From Blastochloris sp. (GTDB lineage Bacteria > Verrucomicrobiota > Verrucomicrobiia > Methylacidiphilales > JAAUTS01), in assembly GCA_034440395.1 (NCBI GenBank), contig JAWXBW010000069.1, positions 2,798 through 66,797 on the forward strand: 64,000 nucleotides of DNA, given 5' to 3'. A model generated the notes under the pieces. That model had not been told where the DNA came from. It searched no databases and saw only the letters and a list, made by a program, of their open reading frames with translations. The position numbers and the translations under genes were made by a program. How positions within the stretch are numbered: the first letter of the stretch is position 1; each line of letters opens with the position of its first letter. Shown piece by piece: positions 56,247-64,000 of the stretch.

Positions 56247-57031
56247 GATTATATCAAGTCAGAGGGACATCCGTGGTCTCTATGTAAATATTTATAAACT
56301 TATTTTCTCAAAAGACTTATTTTTAGTCCTTTCTGCTGATTAACCTCAATGAGGCGTATTTCTCAAGACGCTTAAAATATCTGGAAACTAGAACAGTTTT
56401 TATGCGCCTACGGAGTTATGCGTAAACGTGCCAGCCTAGTATGCGCCGTTGGTTTGAATCCCGAGCAATGCATAAGATGCCTGAGTTTGTTCTTTTGTTT
56501 GCGCCTGGCGTGTTTTTATTTATCTCCACATCCACTCTTTGGAAAACGGAGATGGATAGCAGTGCCGAGTTTCGCCGATTCATAACTGCCTAACAAAACC
56601 CACGTGCCGGTGACCGCATGAACAGCGTCGAGCCGACACGGTATTTGCGCTATGTGGCAGGCCAGAATATCGTAAATTGCCCGACTAAAAAAATAGTGGG
56701 CTCGGTATTGTTATGGTGAAAATGCTCAGAGCCGAAATCTGGACTGGTCTCCTGTCCAGCTACGATGAGACCAATTGCGTTGGTAACACCAAATCGCCCA
56801 AAATACAACTCCACCATAAGCGAACCCCTGCCGCGCTGGGATTTAAGGCGTGCGGTTGAGATCCGATGTTTTGTCACGAGTAAAACTATTTTTATCGATT
56901 GCTGTCTCAAACAGCGCCGACAAAGATAATTAGAGACTGCCCTTGGGGAAGACTCAGTTAAACAAACTGAGTTGTGAAGCCCTACATGGGGAAGGCCGCC
57001 TAGAACCCCACCGCTCTAGTGCTCCTGCTCA

Positions 57032-57334
57032 CTACTTACTGGTCGCAAATTTACCCGTGACTAAGCATCCGATGACCAGTCCCAGTCCTAAGGAAATTCC
57101 AATAGCGTGGTAAGGGTGTTCGTGCACTGCTCTGTCGGTAAATTTAGCACCTTCGACGGCTTTATCTTCAATTTGGCAAAGCATTTTGCGGCCGCTTTCT
57201 ATTGCCGAGGTTAGACGCTCGCGAGCTTCTTCCATTTTGTCACCCGCAACATGTGCCGTGGCGGCTAATAGTTGTTTTACGTCTTCACTAAGTATTGCTT
57301 GTTCGCTGAATTCGGAGTTGTTTGTTTTATTCAT
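57032..57334 (-). CDS. ElaB/YqjD/DUF883-family membrane-anchored stress protein
   Basis: 100 aa: helical N-part, the HPYHAIGISLGLGLVIG block, and a C-terminal TM anchor. Confidence 0.8.
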   Translation of the reverse strand: MNKTNNSEFSEQAILSEDVKQLLAATAHVAGDKMEEARERLTSAIESGRKMLCQIEDKAVEGAKFTDRAVHEHPYHAIGISLGLGLVIGCLVTGKFATSK

Positions 57335-57401
57335 AATAGGGGATTCTTTTGTTTAAGCTAAATTTTGCTTTTAATGTTTCAGAGGGCTGGGTTCGTTGAT
57401 C

Positions 57402-57521
57402 TTAGGTGCAACCACGTAGAACAAAGAATATCAGGAGAATGGGCAGTGGTATTCCTAAAAGCCACAGCAGGATCCATCCTATTTTTCCAGAAATCGATTT
57501 GTGTTTCGAGGGAGTTCTCAT
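57402..57521 (-). CDS. small hydrophobic membrane protein (39 aa)
   Basis: MRTPSKHKSISGKIGWILLWLLGIPLPILLIFFVLRGCT. Start set at Met26, because the longer track ORF would run through a 12-bp-stem hairpin. Confidence 0.45.
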   Translation of the reverse strand: MRTPSKHKSISGKIGWILLWLLGIPLPILLIFFVLRGCT

Positions 57522-57560
57522 AAGTTCTTTGTTTTTGAGGGATTTTGAGTTTTGGGTTAA

Positions 57561-57588
57561 TCTAACGGCTGGAGAACCAGCCGTTAGA
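57561..57588 (-). other. perfect 12-bp-stem / 4-nt-loop hairpin (TCTAACGGCTGG agaa CCAGCCGTTAGA) inside the stress operon
   Basis: Read directly from the sequence. It lies between the stop of the 190-aa gene (57602) and the small membrane protein gene. No U-tract follows. Confidence 0.8.
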
Positions 57589-57601
57589 CATACCATTGAG
57601 A

Positions 57602-58174
57602 TTAATGAACGGCTGAGTAAGGATTTAATTCTTTATCTTTACTATCACTTTTAGTTGAACAGGCGGACTCTCCCATAACGCAAATATCCTCTGCCTTCGC
57701 TTCAGTGAAAATTTCTTTTGCACGTTTGATCTCATCGGAGTTTTCCGTGTGGACTGACAGGAGGATGTTACCTGCCTTGATTTTTCCTTCGTAGCGTTTT
57801 GCTTCAAACTCAGGAACGCCTAGGCCAATTAAGCCACCAGCGATTCCGCCTACGGTCGCTCCAATAGCGACTCCACCTAAGGCTGCCATGATGGGGCCTG
57901 CGGCGATGAAGGGTCCTACTCCTGGGATGGCGAGAGCTCCAATGCCTGCAATCCAGCCAAGAGTTCCACCAATAACTCCACCTGTGCCAGCACCAGCGAT
58001 TGCGCCTTCAGGAGCTTTTGTGCCTTTTTCATGGGCGAAATCCCGCGATGATCCTTTATCAGGGAATAAGGCGGAGATGTCGTTGTTGGAGAAGTTCGCG
58101 ACTTTTAAGTTATCGACGATACGTTCGGCTTGATCATGTGTTGTTGCGATACAGTAAACGGCTTTATTTGTCAT
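57602..58174 (-). CDS. general stress protein with central glycine-zipper membrane segment (YflT/DUF1269-like)
   Basis: N-terminal AVYCIATTHDQAERIVDNL, central Gly-rich GAGTGGVIGGTLGWIAGIGALAIPGVGP..., C-terminal EAKRYEGKIKAGNILLSVH. Confidence 0.6.
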   Translation of the reverse strand: MTNKAVYCIATTHDQAERIVDNLKVANFSNNDISALFPDKGSSRDFAHEKGTKAPEGAIAGAGTGGVIGGTLGWIAGIGALAIPGVGPFIAAGPIMAALGGVAIGATVGGIAGGLIGLGVPEFEAKRYEGKIKAGNILLSVHTENSDEIKRAKEIFTEAKAEDICVMGESACSTKSDSKDKELNPYSAVH

Positions 58175-58213
58175 ATATTTATCTTTATTTTGGGGGTTGT
58201 TGTTGTTGGTTGA

Positions 58214-58765
58214 TTAACGAGAAGAGACTTTATCGGAGCCCGTGTGGTTTTTTACTACTAGTTGGTTGTCAACATTACGGGAATCAGCAACACGATTGGC
58301 AATTTTGCCGATGCGATTTCTTTCGCTGGAAGTTTCAACAGGTCCGCGTAAAGTGACTCGACCCTGTGAGGTAATGATTTTTACATTTTGAGCATTGATA
58401 GACATATTGTTTTCACTCATGATATTGCGGCGAATTTGAGCTGTGATAGCTCTATCATTTTTGCGATTACTTTGGTCTGTAGGCGTTAGTGTTCTGTCGT
58501 CTCGGTCACGCACATTACGCTTTGTGTTATCTGCGGCGTAAGAATTAACGGCGCGCTCGTTCTTTTCGTTGGTCTTCCAGTTACGTTTGGAGTTCCTGTC
58601 CTTGTAGTCATTCCAAGGGTAAGAAAATTCAGAACTGTTATTGGTTGTGGTTAAACGTAGACCGCGGTCTGTTTGAACCCATGTAGATGCGGAAGCTAGG
58701 TTTACTGTTAGAATTCCTAAACCGAGACCTAATGCCAACCCTGTTAATTTTTTATTTGATTTCAT
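58214..58765 (-). CDS. secreted BON-domain protein (OsmY-like)
   Basis: Signal peptide MKSNKKLTGLALGLGLGILTVNLASA and a C-terminal BON block VKIITSQGRVTLRGPVETSSERNRIGKIANRV. Confidence 0.7.
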   Translation of the reverse strand: MKSNKKLTGLALGLGLGILTVNLASASTWVQTDRGLRLTTTNNSSEFSYPWNDYKDRNSKRNWKTNEKNERAVNSYAADNTKRNVRDRDDRTLTPTDQSNRKNDRAITAQIRRNIMSENNMSINAQNVKIITSQGRVTLRGPVETSSERNRIGKIANRVADSRNVDNQLVVKNHTGSDKVSSR

Positions 58766-59130
58766 ATTTTTTTATAGTTTTTGTATTTGTTATATTTGGT
58801 AACGGGGTGTAAATCGCATATGCCATGCCACCCCCGAAGTAGGTGCTCTATTTCACCTTCTGTAAGAGGGAAGATTCCCCAAATGAAGTGAGCTATCGTC
58901 AATTAGCAAATCCCGCAAAATGCAACGTTCTGCTGCCCACTTATTGCAAAAAGCAGAAATATTTTTCTTACACATTCCTACCCTCATCCTGATACTTGAT
59001 ATCCATTCACCAAACCCCTTTCGGGCTGTATTCAATCAACAATGTAAGGATTGGTTTTGAAGCATTATGGTAAACAACTTTTTATGAGGTTGAATAATTT
59101 TCTCCCTAGCCCACACTTTTTAACTTCATT

Positions 59131-61596
59131 ATGCGCGCACGTACGTCTTACCCTTTCCACGAGATCGAACCTAAATGGCAAAAGCATTGGGATGAGCAGC
59201 AATCCTTCAAAGCCGCTAACCCGGGCGAGCCTGGTTCTGAGAAGCCTAAATTTTATGCTCTAGACATGTTCCCCTACCCCTCTGGCGCAGGCTTACACGT
59301 AGGTCATCCCGAAGGTTACACGGCCACAGATATCGTAAGCCGCTACAAGCGCATGAAGGGTTTTAATGTCCTGCATCCCATGGGCTGGGACGCTTTCGGA
59401 CTGCCCGCCGAACAGTATGCGGTGCAGACCGGAACGCATCCACGCATCACCACGGAAAAAAACATCGCCACCTTTAAACGTCAAATAAAAGCTCTAGGCT
59501 TTTCTTACGATTGGAGCCGAGAGGTAAATACAACGGATCCTAATTACTACCGTTGGAGTCAATGGATTTTCATTCAACTTTATAACAAAGGTCTCGCTTA
59601 TATTTCCGAAGCTCCCGTTTGGTATTGTCCTGCGCTGGGCACAGTTCTAGCCAATGAGGAGGTCTTAACCACCGATGCTGGTCCACGCTCTGAACGCGGC
59701 AACCATCCCGTGGAGCGACGCCCCCTGCGGCAATGGATGTTAAAGATTACGGCGTATGCCGAACGCTTGCTGCATGATCTTGATGGCTTAGATTGGCCCG
59801 AGTCTTTGAAGGACATGCAACGTAACTGGATCGGTCGGAGCGAAGGTGCGAGGGTGAAATTTCAAGTCGCTCAAGTTAAGGCTGAAATTGAGGTATTTAC
59901 CACGAGGCCTGACACCCTCTTCGGTGCCACCTATTTAGTGTTAGCTCCTGAACATGCTCTTACTAAAACCATTACCACAGAATCACAACGCACTCATGTT
60001 GAGACCTACATTAAACAAATTTCCTCTAAGACAGATCTTGAACGCACCGACTTAGCTAAAACTAAATCTGGCGTCTTCACGGGCGCTTACGCAGTGAATC
60101 CCGTTAACGGTCATGAAATTCCTATCTGGATTGCGGACTATGTGCTGATGGGTTACGGCACGGGTGCTATCATGGCGGTGCCAGCCCATGACGAGCGAGA
60201 TCATGAATTTGCTCAGGCCTATGACTTGCCCATCATACCTGTTGTTCAAGCAACTACGCCTCCGCAAGATGGGCACACCTGCTTCAGTGGCGAAGGCATC
60301 GCCATGAACTCAGGCTTCCTAAATAACCTTCCCACCGCCGATGCTAAAAAGAAAATCATCACGTGGCTCGAAGAAAAAAAATCTGGTCATGGCACCATTA
60401 ACTACAAACTCCGTGACTGGCTTTTCTCTCGCCAACGCTATTGGGGTGAGCCCTTCCCTATCGTCTGGAAAGACGGCCAACACCGCACCATCCCTGAGTC
60501 CGAACTACCACTGCTTCTCCCTGAGATGGATGACTATACGCCCAGTGCAGAAGGCCTAGCACCTCTCTCGAAAGCAAAGGACTGGCTAAACTTACCCGAT
60601 GGCTCCGTTCGTGAAACCAACACCATGCCGCAATGGGCCGGCTCCTGCTGGTATTACTTACGTTATTGCGATCCTCACAACACGCAGGCTCCCATCTCGC
60701 GCGAGGCCGAAAGCTATTGGCTGGGAGACCAAGGCGTGGATCTCTACATCGGCGGCGCCGAGCACGCTGTGCTTCACCTCCTTTATGCCCGCTTCTGGCA
60801 TAAAGTACTCTTTGACCTAGGCGTCGTGAGCAGTCCAGAACCCTTTCGTAAATTGGTTAACCAAGGGCTCATCTTAGGCGAAGACGGACATAAGATGTCC
60901 AAGTCAGTCGGCAACGTCGTCAATCCAGATGACGTTATCGAAGCTTATGGCGCCGATGCTCTTCGCCTTTTTGAAATGTTCATGGGTCCCCTTGAGCAAG
61001 TTAAACCGTGGAGCACAAAAGGCGTGGAAGGCGTTTACCGTTTCTTAGGCCGCTCATGGCGTCTCGTCATGAAAGAAGATCAAGAAGGGTCTTGGCACCT
61101 TAACGAAGCACTACAAGATGTCCCTGCCGATGCTGCCACGCTCAAGGCCTTGCACAAAGCGATCAAGAAAGTTACCGAGGACATCGAATGTCTCTCCCTC
61201 AATACCGCCATAGCCGAACTCATGATTTTAACCAACGAGCTGACTAAACTAGAGGTGCGCCCTAAATCCGTTCTGGAAAGTTATATCCTCCTCCTCGCCC
61301 CCTTTGCCCCCCACGTGGCCGAAGAGTTATGGGAAAAATGTGGGCATGCTGAATCCCTTTCCCATGCGCCATGGCCTCAATGGGACGAATCTCTCTTAAT
61401 CGAGAACGAGGTAGAGATTATTATTCAATTTAACGGTAAAATCCGCGCTAAGCTTTTAGTCGATGCTACCCTTCCTGCCGCCGACTACGAAGCGAAAGCC
61501 CGTGCCCTGCCAGACTTCGCCCAATGGTTGGGAGATAAGCAAATTCGTAAAGCAATCACTGTTCAAGGAAAACTCATCAACTTCGCCATTGGTTAA
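59131..61596 (+). CDS. leuS: leucine--tRNA ligase
   Basis: HIGH-type motif ([10 protein letters not shown]), KMSKS present, 821 aa. Confidence 0.95.
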   Translation: MRARTSYPFHEIEPKWQKHWDEQQSFKAANPGEPGSEKPKFYALDMFPYPSGAGLHVGHPEGYTATDIVSRYKRMKGFNVLHPMGWDAFGLPAEQYAVQTGTHPRITTEKNIATFKRQIKALGFSYDWSREVNTTDPNYYRWSQWIFIQLYNKGLAYISEAPVWYCPALGTVLANEEVLTTDAGPRSERGNHPVERRPLRQWMLKITAYAERLLHDLDGLDWPESLKDMQRNWIGRSEGARVKFQVAQVKAEIEVFTTRPDTLFGATYLVLAPEHALTKTITTESQRTHVETYIKQISSKTDLERTDLAKTKSGVFTGAYAVNPVNGHEIPIWIADYVLMGYGTGAIMAVPAHDERDHEFAQAYDLPIIPVVQATTPPQDGHTCFSGEGIAMNSGFLNNLPTADAKKKIITWLEEKKSGHGTINYKLRDWLFSRQRYWGEPFPIVWKDGQHRTIPESELPLLLPEMDDYTPSAEGLAPLSKAKDWLNLPDGSVRETNTMPQWAGSCWYYLRYCDPHNTQAPISREAESYWLGDQGVDLYIGGAEHAVLHLLYARFWHKVLFDLGVVSSPEPFRKLVNQGLILGEDGHKMSKSVGNVVNPDDVIEAYGADALRLFEMFMGPLEQVKPWSTKGVEGVYRFLGRSWRLVMKEDQEGSWHLNEALQDVPADAATLKALHKAIKKVTEDIECLSLNTAIAELMILTNELTKLEVRPKSVLESYILLLAPFAPHVAEELWEKCGHAESLSHAPWPQWDESLLIENEVEIIIQFNGKIRAKLLVDATLPAADYEAKARALPDFAQWLGDKQIRKAITVQGKLINFAIG

Positions 61597-61810
61597 ATAC
61601 GCTGCCCATCACTTTAACAGAATTTGAGGTGCTTCCGTATTTTCCTGCATTACATTCCAACATAGACTTAGGCTGCCTAAAATGATCGATAAATATATTC
61701 CCTTATTTTTTCATCCTAAAATGGCCACTTTTGTCGATAGCTTATCTCCAAGTGCCCTGAAGCCCATTCAACTTACTTAGTATTGGGAGGAAATAGGATT
61801 ACCTGTAAAA

Positions 61811-62536
61811 ATGTTCGATATCGAACCTGTTGAAATCAGAGATTTTTATCGCGCTCATGACCCACACTATGTCGATGGAATTTTGGCAAGCAGCTTCTCT
61901 AACGGCTTTGGCACCAGACACCCCGAAGTAGCTTTAAGTCTTTTCCTAACGAGTGGTTCCCTCCTGAGTGCTGCCCGCTGGGCACTAGAGCATAAACAAA
62001 TAGCCTGCTCACCCTCATCAGGGTTCCGTCACGCCTTACACAATTCTTCTAGCGGTTTTTGCACCTTTAACGGGCTTATGCTCGTGGCCGCCAAACTTAT
62101 AAAAGAAGGGCTCGTTCAACGTGTTGGTATTCTCGACTTAGACCAACACTACGGCAACGGCACCGATGACATTATTAAACATATTGCTGCTAAAGATTGG
62201 ATTTTTCATTACACGGCTGGACTCACCTTTACTTGCCCGCGCCAAGTCGAAATCTTCTTCCTTTTTCTACCTAGGATACTCGAAGGAATGGAAGACTGTG
62301 ACTTGATTCTTTATCAAGCAGGTGCCGACCCTCACGTTAACGACCCTCTCGGCGGCTGGATGACAGATGAAGAACTCGCTCAACGAGATCATCTTGTTTT
62401 TCAATGGGCCAAAGCTAAAAATAAAGCTCTGGTATGGAATCTGGCTGGGGGATATCAAAAGGATGGCCAAGGCAGCATTAATCCAGTCCTCCAAATACAC
62501 ACTCAGACCGCCCTAGCGCACTTAAAAGCGATCTGA
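61811..62536 (+). CDS. histone deacetylase-family (arginase/deacetylase fold) protein; N-terminus cut off by an in-frame TAG
   Basis: Blocks GFCTFNG, ILDLDQHYGNGT, YQAGADPHVNDPLGG, NLAGGY. The same frame upstream (61682-61777) encodes a family-typical N-terminus (IPLFFHP...) separated by a TAG at 61778. Confidence 0.7.
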   Translation: MFDIEPVEIRDFYRAHDPHYVDGILASSFSNGFGTRHPEVALSLFLTSGSLLSAARWALEHKQIACSPSSGFRHALHNSSSGFCTFNGLMLVAAKLIKEGLVQRVGILDLDQHYGNGTDDIIKHIAAKDWIFHYTAGLTFTCPRQVEIFFLFLPRILEGMEDCDLILYQAGADPHVNDPLGGWMTDEELAQRDHLVFQWAKAKNKALVWNLAGGYQKDGQGSINPVLQIHTQTALAHLKAI

Positions 62537-62620
62537 CCTCAATTTAGGTTTTATCAAACGATGCTCCGCTGACGATGAGATGAGGAGCGACGTTGCCTTA
62601 CCAGCGCTCGACCTAAGTAC

Positions 62621-62652
62621 AAAAAAAGGGCTGACTCATAATAAGTCAGCCC
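62621..62652 (-). terminator. rho-independent terminator of the PEP-CTERM gene
   Basis: 9-bp stem GGGCTGACT/AGTCAGCCC with a 7-nt loop, followed on the minus strand by T7. About 30 nt after the stop codon. Confidence 0.75.
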
Positions 62653-62681
62653 TAATCATTGAACAAAATTAATTGTGTCTC

Positions 62682-63461
62682 TTATGCCGCGCGACGGCGA
62701 CGTAGGAAAAACAACGCACCTAGACCAAGCGCAAGCAAGGCGTAGGTGGAAGGCTCAGGTATGGCGGTGATCGAAACGTTGTCGAGATACACATCGCCGG
62801 CGGCAGCGCCACGGAATTGGAAGCGCAGGCTGTCAATGGAGGCAATGTTCAGGCCAGTTTTTGTAACGGAAAACGTAGGGCTATTGGCGCCGCCCGAGGT
62901 GGTAAAATCAGCGGTGTAACCCGTGATGTTGGTGCCGTTATTGGTGAAGGTGTAAGCAACATTGACGGTTTGCCAATTGGCTCCTTGACCTAAGAATTGA
63001 AACCCTCCGCCACCTGGATTAGCGTTATCGAAGAAGTTATTCAGGCCATTGCTTTGTAAAGCGATGTTACCATTGGCGAATCCGGTATTCGGGCCGCCAA
63101 ACATGACCCACATATCGGGGTTGTAGGAATCACCGACCTTCTGGAAAGAGAAGGAGATGTCCATATTGGTCGTGGCAAACGTCACTGCGCTCGCAAAATT
63201 AAAATTGAGGTCGGGTGCGCCTGCGGCGTCGCTGGTGTATCTGATAGAGTTGGCTCCGCTGAGGGCTTGGGCGTTGCTGATCGTGGCGGAATCGGTGCCG
63301 TTGAAGTTGGCTACAGTGACACCCGTGACGGTGGTGGCAAGAGCGCCGTTAGCGTAGCTATCGAAGTTATCGGAGAACAGAGTGGCAGCTTGGGCGGAGT
63401 AGGTTGAGCTCGCCGCAAACAAAGCAATTAATCCAACGACATTAAGTAATTGTTTTTTCAT
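62682..63461 (-). CDS. PEP-CTERM sorting-domain secreted protein
   Basis: Signal peptide ending AQA. C-terminal PEPSTYALLALGLGALFFLRRRR (PEP motif + TM + Arg cluster). Confidence 0.85.
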   Translation of the reverse strand: MKKQLLNVVGLIALFAASSTYSAQAATLFSDNFDSYANGALATTVTGVTVANFNGTDSATISNAQALSGANSIRYTSDAAGAPDLNFNFASAVTFATTNMDISFSFQKVGDSYNPDMWVMFGGPNTGFANGNIALQSNGLNNFFDNANPGGGGFQFLGQGANWQTVNVAYTFTNNGTNITGYTADFTTSGGANSPTFSVTKTGLNIASIDSLRFQFRGAAAGDVYLDNVSITAIPEPSTYALLALGLGALFFLRRRRAA

Positions 63462-64000
63462 AGGTTTTCAACTTAGCACACTTCCAATTATTGATGCAAC
63501 TACGAACAGCGGGACTGTCCCGATTTGGCATCCAATTTCCTTAATCATTCGTGATTATGCTTGGCCAATTTACTTCATTAGGACGTCAGCCCGCATGCCA
63601 AAGGCCGATAACGGTGGTACAGGGTTTCACAAGTGATAGGAACACTGTTTTATCCCGCTTCTTTTTTATTTTCCTGTTATCAGATTCTAGTTAAATAAAC
63701 TTCCCGTCTTCTTCGCCGTGCCGTGGTTTTTTCATGCAAAGTAAAAGAACGGTTCGGAAAATTTACCATGAGTGCCCTGCCAGTGAGGACAAATGTGCAG
63801 TTGATGAATTTATTTTTTGAGATAAGAAGCTTTGGGAGTTAGCTATTCTTTCTCCGGCGATTTTACTGCGCCAGTTGCAATGACTGCTGTGCTGCTAAAT
63901 TTTATCCTACACCTGATCTCTGTGTTACTTGTGTTCTAGCGATGAATGAAGCGTGACAGAACCTAACTGACCAAATGAGACGCAGGCGTAAGAAGGGCGG

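Noticed and set aside
56650-56910. 86-aa minus-strand ORF in the gene-poor segment.
   Set aside because: It has no recognisable motif, no plausible translational context, and broken frames around it. I treat it as part of a decayed region rather than a gene.

Overview
64-kb window that looks like a Gram-negative, PVC/Verrucomicrobia-like chromosome. That placement is only an inference from gene content (PEP-CTERM protein, LptD/WaaA, long-form IspG, TIGR03790-like protein, PilT paralogues). I call about 60 protein genes and 2 tRNAs (Leu-CAA, Phe-GAA). I saw no rRNA, no CRISPR array, no intact transposase, and no integrase other than a XerC/D-type recombinase. Most of the window is tightly packed core genome: proC, trpD, coaD-yceD-rpmF-plsX-fabH, waaA, rsfS, ctaB, the envelope/MEP block ispG-rseP-dxr-cdsA-uppS-purA-ugd-lptD-trmB, and leuS. 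Non-core modules: (1) a minus-strand operon in which a MacAB-type efflux system (adaptor, ATPase, two FtsX permeases) is translationally coupled to two PilT-family ATPases. (2) A divergent carotenoid-tailoring-like cluster (CrtI-family oxidoreductase, CruF-like membrane protein, LPLAT acyltransferase, alpha/beta hydrolase). (3) A Wza/Wzc/outer-membrane-barrel exopolysaccharide export locus next to a sigma-54 two-component pair. (4) A circularly permuted ATP-grasp plus Alpha-E pair; the Alpha-E gene ends in a perfect 4 x 12-nt tandem repeat. (5) A GC-rich oxidoreductase gene next to tRNA-Leu. (6) The clearest accessory islet lies between tRNA-Phe and leuS. It holds an uncharacterised two-domain protein (degenerate adenylate-kinase-like domain plus nucleoside-deoxyribosyltransferase-like domain), an MNT/HepT toxin-antitoxin pair, and a Phd/VapB antitoxin whose vapC toxin is truncated at a pair of direct repeats. 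It also holds an orphan cytoplasmic vWA protein, a ~785-bp decayed segment and a small stress-protein operon. All functional calls come from by-eye motif recognition in the supplied translations; no database search was possible.
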